Below are positions 18,795-25,019 of a stretch of 42,481 nucleotides of DNA, piece by piece. The stretch lies in the NCBI GenBank assembly GCA_022712755.1, contig JAFLJY010000220.1, positions 1 to 42,481 of the forward strand, given 5' to 3'. Made by a program: the position numbers and the translations under genes. Under the pieces are notes generated by a model, which was not told the DNA's origin, did no database searches, and was given only the letters and a program-made list of their open reading frames with translations. Source of the DNA: Gammaproteobacteria bacterium. GTDB taxonomy: Bacteria; Pseudomonadota; Gammaproteobacteria; SZUA-229. Each line of letters starts with the position of its first letter. Within the stretch, counting starts at the first letter, position 1.

Positions 18795-18905
18795 TCATAT
18801 TAATGATCCAGGACCAAATAATAATACGAGCACCAATATTGATAAAGAAATAATAACGTATATTAATTTTCTCGTATCTCTTTCCATAGCGTGTTTGTTG
18901 TCCAT
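18795..18905 (-). CDS. Candidate 36-aa single-TM small protein (not in the ORF track)
   Basis: My translation is MDNKHAMERDTRKLIYVIISLSILVLVLLFGPGSLI*. A strong Shine-Dalgarno (GAAGGAG) lies 6 nt upstream of the ATG. A charged N-terminus is followed by about 20 hydrophobic residues. Confidence 0.3.
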   Translation of the reverse strand: MDNKHAMERDTRKLIYVIISLSILVLVLLFGPGSLI

Positions 18906-19071
18906 CTATAACTCCTTCGTTTCGCAATTGTTGATAGCTTTATTGCTTAACAACTGTAAGTTTACGCCAAATGTGCTGGAGTGGAGTTGACTGTTATCAA
19001 ATAGCCCCCCTATTTCAGGCCCTGTTTCAGGGTCGATGTTTCCTTATAAATACCACTGCTTCCAATTAACA

Positions 19072-19103
19072 ACCCTCTGGCAATATAGAATCAGCCAGAG
19101 GGT
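19072..19103 (-). terminator. Stem-loop downstream of the 19119-19520 gene
   Basis: 10-bp perfect stem, ACCCTCTGGC (19072-19081) paired with GCCAGAGGGT (19094-19103), 16 bp past the stop codon. Only a modest T-run follows on the minus strand. Confidence 0.45.
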
Positions 19104-19118
19104 CTTCATAAGTGTGGT

Positions 19119-19520
19119 TTAACGACGACGACCACCACCCATAGAACGGTTGGTCGCACCCTGACGATTCATCGAGCCTGAATTGCCAGAGCCAGAAACA
19201 GCACTATTTTGCATAGTACGATTCATTGTGTTGTAACGATTCATGGAACCTTGGCCTGATCCAGATTGCTCTGTTGAATTGTTATTCATGTAGCTATATT
19301 GATGCTGGTTTTGGTTCTGGTTTTTATTTATCACCATTGTTTGTTCGCGATTTAGCGTTGGTGCAAAATTACTATCAGGTGCTTGCAGGTTTACATGCAT
19401 ACGAATACGATCCTGAATATGTGTTTGTGTTGTGTCGATGTCTTCTGCGTAGGCAGATCCTGTCGATGTAGCCAATATCAATACTGCAGCAGGAATGGAT
19501 AATTGTGTGATAGTTGTCAT
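19119..19520 (-). CDS. Secreted low-complexity Q/N/S/G/Met-rich protein with a basic GGGRRR C-terminus
   Basis: Sec signal 'AAVLILATSTGSAYA|ED'. 'NKNQNQNQHQ' tract. Repeated 'GS(G)..GSMNR' units. About 9 Met in the mature chain. Confidence 0.6.
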   Translation of the reverse strand: MTTITQLSIPAAVLILATSTGSAYAEDIDTTQTHIQDRIRMHVNLQAPDSNFAPTLNREQTMVINKNQNQNQHQYSYMNNNSTEQSGSGQGSMNRYNTMNRTMQNSAVSGSGNSGSMNRQGATNRSMGGGRRR

Positions 19521-19576
19521 TTTATTTGCCTTTAGATTTATTCGTTATGGGAGAAGCTTCCGGTTATCGATTTAAC

Positions 19577-19605
19577 GGCGGGATTGTGCAACTATTTATC
19601 CCGCC
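19577..19605 (-). terminator. Stem-loop between the beta-propeller gene and the Q/N-rich gene
   Basis: 8-bp perfect stem, GGCGGGAT (19577-19584) paired with ATCCCGCC (19598-19605). No clear U-tract on the minus strand, so its function is uncertain. Confidence 0.3.
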
Positions 19606-19642
19606 ATTAAACCATCTGTTTTTTGATTGGGTTTCAAATAGA

Positions 19643-21136
19643 TTACATATTCACGCCTTCACCATTCCAGATAAAGCTACCCATCAGCAAGTTACCGCCA
19701 ATATAGGTTTTATCAACTTGCCATGTATCCAGATCAATTCTAAAAAATACACCGTCATGGCTGGCAGTACTGTAGAAATATTCCATATCAAGACTCACGC
19801 CTGAGGTATGTGCCTGTGACTTGTAATCCGGTGAAGCAGAAGTAGCCACCTCCACATTTCTCACGAACTGATGGCTTAGTGTGTCGATAACCGTCATATA
19901 GGTCGCATTATGATTGGTGATGATGGCCTGATTGCGCATCGGTAGAAAAGTGGTATGGCCTGCACCCGCACCGGTATCAATCATGGCTTCGATGCCCATG
20001 GTGTTTTTATTGATGACAAAAGTATGGCCTTCCGCTGAGCCGATATAGATAAACTCACCGTCCGGATGAAAATCAGCATGATGTGCCCCCATGGTATTGA
20101 TATCCAGATTCACCGGGTCATAATCATGTAGATTGACCTGTGCGGTTTGCTCTAATGCATTTCGGTTAATACTAAAGCGGATGAGGCCGGGTGAAACCTG
20201 TTCACCCTGATTGCCTTCAATCACTGCATAAAATACATTTTGTTCGCCCGCTGCCATGGTTGAAGCCGGAGGCTGAAAAATATGATGGATGGAGGTCGGT
20301 GTATGCAGGACGGACAGCATGGTTCCCTCTCGATTCCACAATTGTATCTGACGTGATGCACGATCCAGCATGAAGAAATGATGATCACTGATCCACAATG
20401 GATGACCGGTAGACAAAGAGCCGCCAAAATCATGTGGTGTGGTTAATACATTTTCACCAACCACCTTGGTAACCTTATCCATATCGGTACGAATGATGCT
20501 AGTCATGGCTTTATCACCACCGGAAACCAGAGACAGTAAGGTATTGGCATTAAAGTTGGTTGAACGTGGCTTGTGCTGTAATTCAATTAAGCCCTTATTA
20601 TCCAGCGTATAGTTATCAACCACAGTTAACGATTCGGTTCTGCGTGTGAGTGCATAGGCTTTGTTTGCACCCTGCTGATCAATACCATAGGGGCCATCAC
20701 CGGTGCCTTCAACGCTAGTAAGCAAAGTCATATTGTCGACATCAATAATATAAACCCGGTTTGAATCCCAGTCGCCGTAGTAGGCCAGGTTGTCAACACC
20801 AAAAATATTCTCGCTGATGTAAGCGTCCTGATTGACATAACCTGGCTGACGATAACCAAAATGTCCGTGGTGTTTATGCGCTGTCTGCTGTTGTGCCAGG
20901 TCGGCAGGGTTACTTATTAACAGAGCTTCTGCATCGGTAGTGTTGCTTATTGACAGGGCTTCTGCGTTTTCAGCTAACGCATCTGTTATTTCGTTTACCG
21001 TCTCATCATTACATGCGCTCACACTCATAACCAGTACACCACTTAAGCAAAGTGCAATGGCGAGTCTGAGTTTGTCTGGTTGCTGATTGGGGCTGTCTGG
21101 TTTTACTGCTTTGTTTTGTAGATTGGAAGTTTTCAT
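19643..21136 (-). CDS. His-rich beta-propeller lipoprotein (YVTN / NosZ-CuZ-domain / thiocyanate-dehydrogenase-like fold suspected)
   Basis: Lipobox 'VSAC'. An 11-aa tandem repeat linker is followed by 'AHKHHGH'. Blade-like periodicity with recurring G/A-H-T turns ('EGHTF', 'GAGHTTF', 'QAHTSG', 'ASHDG') and HH pairs ('DHHFF', 'SIHHIF', 'GAHHADFHPDG'). Confidence 0.65.
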   Translation of the reverse strand: MKTSNLQNKAVKPDSPNQQPDKLRLAIALCLSGVLVMSVSACNDETVNEITDALAENAEALSISNTTDAEALLISNPADLAQQQTAHKHHGHFGYRQPGYVNQDAYISENIFGVDNLAYYGDWDSNRVYIIDVDNMTLLTSVEGTGDGPYGIDQQGANKAYALTRRTESLTVVDNYTLDNKGLIELQHKPRSTNFNANTLLSLVSGGDKAMTSIIRTDMDKVTKVVGENVLTTPHDFGGSLSTGHPLWISDHHFFMLDRASRQIQLWNREGTMLSVLHTPTSIHHIFQPPASTMAAGEQNVFYAVIEGNQGEQVSPGLIRFSINRNALEQTAQVNLHDYDPVNLDINTMGAHHADFHPDGEFIYIGSAEGHTFVINKNTMGIEAMIDTGAGAGHTTFLPMRNQAIITNHNATYMTVIDTLSHQFVRNVEVATSASPDYKSQAHTSGVSLDMEYFYSTASHDGVFFRIDLDTWQVDKTYIGGNLLMGSFIWNGEGVNM

Positions 21137-21159
21137 AAATCACTCTATAGTTTGCTAGT

Positions 21160-21208
21160 GTGGGAATAATTCCCACGTGCAATTATATTATGTGGTAATT
21201 TTTCCCAC
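21160..21208. promoter_or_regulatory. Two 7-3-7 palindromic operator-like sites in a divergent promoter
   Basis: GTGGGAA-TAA-TTCCCAC at 21160-21176 (perfect) and GTGGTAA-TTT-TTCCCAC at 21192-21208 (1 mismatch). Centres are 32 bp apart. A TATAAT hexamer lies at 21216-21221, about 48 bp upstream of the 21270 ATG. Confidence 0.5.
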
Positions 21209-21269
21209 GTCAAGGTATAATGCCCAGAAAGGTTGATCTAAGTCATCAAAGTAACGAATTGACGATGTT

Positions 21270-22157
21270 ATGATTAAAAGCAGAAAACAACAAAAAAAAT
21301 TTATGAAGCAAAGTGGATACAACAAGACACAGGCAGCGCTGGTGAAAGCGGTATCCATGCTTTGTCGGCCATTAATACGGTTGTTAATTGAAAAAGGCAT
21401 GACCTTTCCCCAGTTTCGTGAATTAATGAAAAGCCTTTATGTGGACGTTGCTGCGCAACATTTTTCACTGGATGATAAAAAACCCAGTGACAGCCGCATT
21501 TTTGTGCTCACCGGTGTGCACCGAAAAGACATTAAACGACTACGTCAGCAGGCCGAACAGGAAAGTTCAGCAATCACAAGTTCGGCTTCACTGAGCGCAG
21601 AAATTGTGGCGAGATGGAGCAGTGTGGCAGAATTTCTGGATGACAAAAACCGATCCAGAGCATTACAAAAAAGCGGGAAAAATAATGTCGCCGGATTTGA
21701 GCAGCTGGTATCCAGTGTCAACAAGGATGTCAGACCAAAAGTTATTCTCGAAGAATGGTTGCGCCTTAATATCGTACGTTTGAAAGGTGATTACGTGGTT
21801 CTCAATAAATCCGCCTTTGTCACCAACAAAGAATTTACCGAGATGGCGTATTACCTTGGTCATCATGTGCATGACCATCTTGCAAGTTGTGTTAATAACA
21901 TATTGGCTGAAAATGAACCGATGCTGGAGCGCAGTGTTTATTACGCTTCCTTAACCGAAGACTCAGTGAATAAATTAAATGCCATTGCCAGTAAAAAAGG
22001 TAATGAATTGTTGTTGCATGTAAACAAACAGGCTATCAAGTTTTACGACGCAGATAAAAATAAAGCAGATGCAGCATATCGAATGCGCCTGGGTGTTTAC
22101 TGGTATCAGACTCCACTTAATGCGTCTGTTGATCCTGCTAAGGAAGTTGAACAATGA
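21270..22157 (+). CDS. Hypothetical protein with HTH-like segment (resembles the DUF6502 family from memory)
   Basis: 'SDSRIFVLTGVHRKDIKRL' looks like a helix-turn-helix. First gene of the operon, immediately downstream of the palindromes. ATGA overlap with the next gene. Confidence 0.55.
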   Translation: MIKSRKQQKKFMKQSGYNKTQAALVKAVSMLCRPLIRLLIEKGMTFPQFRELMKSLYVDVAAQHFSLDDKKPSDSRIFVLTGVHRKDIKRLRQQAEQESSAITSSASLSAEIVARWSSVAEFLDDKNRSRALQKSGKNNVAGFEQLVSSVNKDVRPKVILEEWLRLNIVRLKGDYVVLNKSAFVTNKEFTEMAYYLGHHVHDHLASCVNNILAENEPMLERSVYYASLTEDSVNKLNAIASKKGNELLLHVNKQAIKFYDADKNKADAAYRMRLGVYWYQTPLNASVDPAKEVEQ

Positions 22158-23107
22158 ACAACTTTTATCGAATAATTATTCTGCTGCTGGTTATCAGTAT
22201 GACTGCCTGTACAACAAGCCAGTCGAACCAGTGGGTTGCCAGTGGCGAAGATGATGATAGTGGTCTGGGTGGTACCGGCCTGCTGGCTAATGTTAATAAC
22301 AGCGCCAGTAGTGGCGGCGATAGAGGTTTGGGTGGTACTGGTATTCGGGGTGAAATAACCGGTTATGGCAGCATTTTTGTAAACGGTACTGAAATCGAAT
22401 ACGACAGTGAAACCGCTTTTACTATTAATGGTGGCACGGCTGGCTATCAACAACTGGAAATAGGCGATGTGGTTGAAGTGCTTACCACAGACCTTAATAA
22501 ACATACTCAGGCACAGATAATTAACCTGCGACATGAAGTCATTGGCAAAGTTGAATCCATTGATCCGCAAGCCTTTAGTTTTACTGTTCAAGGGCAAACG
22601 GTTATTCAACCTGTAAATAAAAAACAGTTACCTTTAGTTGGAGACTCGGTAGCCGTCTCTGGTTTCCGTGTAAATGACAACACCATTGTATCTACTCGAG
22701 TGACTCCTGCTGGGGGTAAATCGATTTTATTGCGCACGCATACTGAGTTACCGTTTAAGGAAAAAACCACACACTGGTTAGTTCAGTTGCATGTGAAGAA
22801 TGACAAAGCCGTTTTCCAGGTAGAAGGTAGGACACAGGTTTTAAGCATTAAGAAAGAAGCTAAAACTGCATCTACAGACCGCTCGGGAACCCGCATTTTA
22901 CAACTACAGAAAACAGCGACTGGGCAACTTAAACTTGAGCAGGTGATTGAACCAATGGCGATGCCTCGTGGTCAACAAGTACCAACGTCTGTGCAGCACT
23001 CTGGTGGCAATAAGTCACAAAAACAGATGCCTGGATCAGGGCGGGGTGGTTACTCAAGGCAGGGACGCAGAGGCATGAATACTCAACCTGGAAAACGTGG
23101 AAAGTAA
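22154..23107 (+). CDS. Lipoprotein with repeated small beta-barrel modules (DUF5666-like) and a G/R/Q-rich basic tail
   Basis: Lipobox 'MTAC'. 'GLGGTGIRGEITGYGSIFVNGTEIEYDSETAFTING' and 'IGKVESIDPQAFSFTVQGQTV' match my memory of the DUF5666 pattern. Tail 'GSGRGGYSRQGRRGMNTQPGKRGK'. Confidence 0.6.
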   Translation: MNNFYRIIILLLVISMTACTTSQSNQWVASGEDDDSGLGGTGLLANVNNSASSGGDRGLGGTGIRGEITGYGSIFVNGTEIEYDSETAFTINGGTAGYQQLEIGDVVEVLTTDLNKHTQAQIINLRHEVIGKVESIDPQAFSFTVQGQTVIQPVNKKQLPLVGDSVAVSGFRVNDNTIVSTRVTPAGGKSILLRTHTELPFKEKTTHWLVQLHVKNDKAVFQVEGRTQVLSIKKEAKTASTDRSGTRILQLQKTATGQLKLEQVIEPMAMPRGQQVPTSVQHSGGNKSQKQMPGSGRGGYSRQGRRGMNTQPGKRGK

Positions 23108-23151
23108 TATGGATCAGCCGAACCTTAATTTAAAGTGTAAAATATTTTCAT

Positions 23152-23532
23152 ATGCAAATAAGTAAAAAACAGCGATCCACTAAAATGCTGATCATCTATA
23201 TGGTCACTGCATTGCTGTTTTTGACTTCCGTCGAATTGCATATCCACACACAGGAAACGGCAGCAACAGTAGGACATGGTTTTGCTGTTGATATTAGTTC
23301 GTTGGCTGATAGCCTTAAACCAGAAGGAAGCAATGATGAAATCTCAGTTAGTCCGGACACCGCATTACAGGTAAAACAAATCTTTGTCAGTTTGCTGGCA
23401 GTATTCCTGTTATTTACGGTTATGGTGGCCGTTCTTTGCCGAACCTTTATCGGTCGATGGCGAGAAAGCCACAATCTGTTACCTGCCGTGCCTTTTTATG
23501 GCACACCACACCTGCGCGCGCCGCCCCAATAA
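23152..23532 (+). CDS. Small two-TM membrane protein with an 'HIH' motif after TM1 and a '...LRAPPQ' C-terminus
   Basis: 126 aa with TM1 'LIIYMVTALLFLTSV' then 'ELHIHTQE'. TM2 is 'IFVSLLAVFLLFTVMVAVL'. Sits directly upstream of the OMF gene, a position comparable to czcI-type accessory genes. Confidence 0.45.
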   Translation: MQISKKQRSTKMLIIYMVTALLFLTSVELHIHTQETAATVGHGFAVDISSLADSLKPEGSNDEISVSPDTALQVKQIFVSLLAVFLLFTVMVAVLCRTFIGRWRESHNLLPAVPFYGTPHLRAPPQ

Positions 23533-23653
23533 ACGCCAAAACCAACCCGATAGTTTTTTACTGTTAGCAGTTTTATCTGCTGATGTGTTGTTGTGGAACT
23601 TGTTGCATAAAGCTTAATAGCTAAGTAGCCGTTCTCTGTTTGGAGTTTTCAAG

Positions 23654-25018
23654 ATGTTTATTAGAAACTTATTTATAAGAAGCTGGTGTATTCAGACTGG
23701 CATAAAAAATGTACTACTAAAAATTAATTATGGTTTAATTGTGGCACTAATGCTGCCAACTTCTCAGTCCATTGCACAGTCAGTGGTACAGTCGACTGGG
23801 CAACAATGGACTTTGCAAGCCAGTGTTCAGCAGGCGATGTCTGCATCACCGGAATTAAAAAAATCAATGGCTGAAATTGATGTACGCCAGACAGACATCA
23901 ACCTGTCCAGCCTGTGGCCCGAACCCAGTATAGCGTTTCGCATTGATAACAAACTGGGGCAGGATGATGCAACCGGTGGTTATGATTTGACGGACATCAC
24001 CATCAGTCAACCTATCCCGATATCACGTATAAAGTATCAGGCCTCAGCGGCTGAGGCCAGTTTGAAAGCCGCTCGCTTTTCGCGTTTGTATCAGTCTCTG
24101 CAGGTGCAGAACCGGGTGTCAAAAGTTTTTTTTCAGTTACAACTGGCTTCGGCAGAATTAGCATTGGCAGAACAACAGTTGCAACTGGCCGATAAACTCA
24201 TCAATCAAACTGAGAAAAACACCAAGGCTGTTGTGGTGCGATATTTGACGCCACTGGAAAAAATGCGGATGACGATTATTCGTGAAGAGGCTGACCAGGC
24301 AGCGAGTAGCGCCGAAGGGAAATACAATGAATCACTGAGCGAATTTGTTAAGTTGCTGGGTATAGAAGTTGATAACGTGACCACGGTTTCCGAACTGCAA
24401 CCGCTAGTTGAGATGCCCGATATTAAACAGTTGTCGGTATTGCAGGAACATCATGTGCAGCTGTCCAGTCAGCAACAGCAGGTACTGGCGGCAAAACATC
24501 AAATTGACGTAGCCAGGAATAGCCAGTTAGTTGATCCGTCTATCGGCCTGAGCTGGTCACGTGATACGTTTCCTAACGGCCGTGATGATGTTTACGCCAT
24601 CATGTTCAATATGCAGATTCCTATCGGTGACCGTAAAAACACAGCGGCAAGTAAAGCCACCTATAAAGCGAGCCAGCAAGGTATAGAGCTGGCGTTGCTG
24701 AAGCGTGAACTGAAAATTAATTTACATAAAAGTTTTACACATTTAAACCATGTGGTTATGCAGGCCAGAGATTACAAACAAAAAGTGCTTAAACCCGCGC
24801 AGAAAATGCTCGACTTAACCAACAGGGGGTTTAGCAGTGGTGAATTAAATATATTGTCGCTGGTGGATGCGAATAATACCTATTTTGCAGCGCGCTTAAA
24901 TTATCTGCAATTACTCTATCAGGCATGGGTGGAGCTGGCGGAGGTTAAGTTGTTTGCTGGACAGATGATAACGGATGCCGATACGCAGAGCGTTAGTCTG
25001 CTTAAAGGAGGGGTATAA
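23654..25018 (+). CDS. Outer-membrane efflux factor (TolC/CzcC/CusC family)
   Basis: 454 aa with a signal-like N-terminus. Two-repeat coiled-coil-rich OEP architecture; 'LNYLQLLYQAWVELAEV' is a typical C-terminal OMF segment. Confidence 0.85.
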   Translation: MFIRNLFIRSWCIQTGIKNVLLKINYGLIVALMLPTSQSIAQSVVQSTGQQWTLQASVQQAMSASPELKKSMAEIDVRQTDINLSSLWPEPSIAFRIDNKLGQDDATGGYDLTDITISQPIPISRIKYQASAAEASLKAARFSRLYQSLQVQNRVSKVFFQLQLASAELALAEQQLQLADKLINQTEKNTKAVVVRYLTPLEKMRMTIIREEADQAASSAEGKYNESLSEFVKLLGIEVDNVTTVSELQPLVEMPDIKQLSVLQEHHVQLSSQQQQVLAAKHQIDVARNSQLVDPSIGLSWSRDTFPNGRDDVYAIMFNMQIPIGDRKNTAASKATYKASQQGIELALLKRELKINLHKSFTHLNHVVMQARDYKQKVLKPAQKMLDLTNRGFSSGELNILSLVDANNTYFAARLNYLQLLYQAWVELAEVKLFAGQMITDADTQSVSLLKGGV

Positions 25019-25019
25019 A

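Noticed and set aside
18754-18990. 78-aa plus-strand ORF in the 18582-19118 intergenic region. Also 18066-18543 plus-strand ORFs antisense to the OsmC-like gene, and 19514-19804.
   Set aside because: GTG start with no SD and an Ile/Asn/Leu-rich composition reflecting AT-rich DNA. The opposite strand carries a better-supported small ORF with a consensus SD.
22106-22609. 167-aa minus-strand ORF overlapping the DUF5666-like lipoprotein gene
   Set aside because: It is antisense to an ORF with a lipobox and recognisable repeat modules, it has no RBS context, and it would break the ATGA-coupled operon.
22154-23107. Considered calling the 317-aa lipoprotein a divergent membrane-fusion protein outright
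   Set aside because: There is no coiled-coil alpha-hairpin or lipoyl-like segment visible, and the repeat pattern fits DUF5666-type barrels. It is kept only as a hypothesis in the findings.
24975-25019. N-terminal 15-codon extension of the RND pump ORF (track start 24975)
   Set aside because: It overlaps the end of the OMF gene. The ATG at 25020 is preceded by GGAGG and yields the canonical 'MIAAILRFS...' RND N-terminus.
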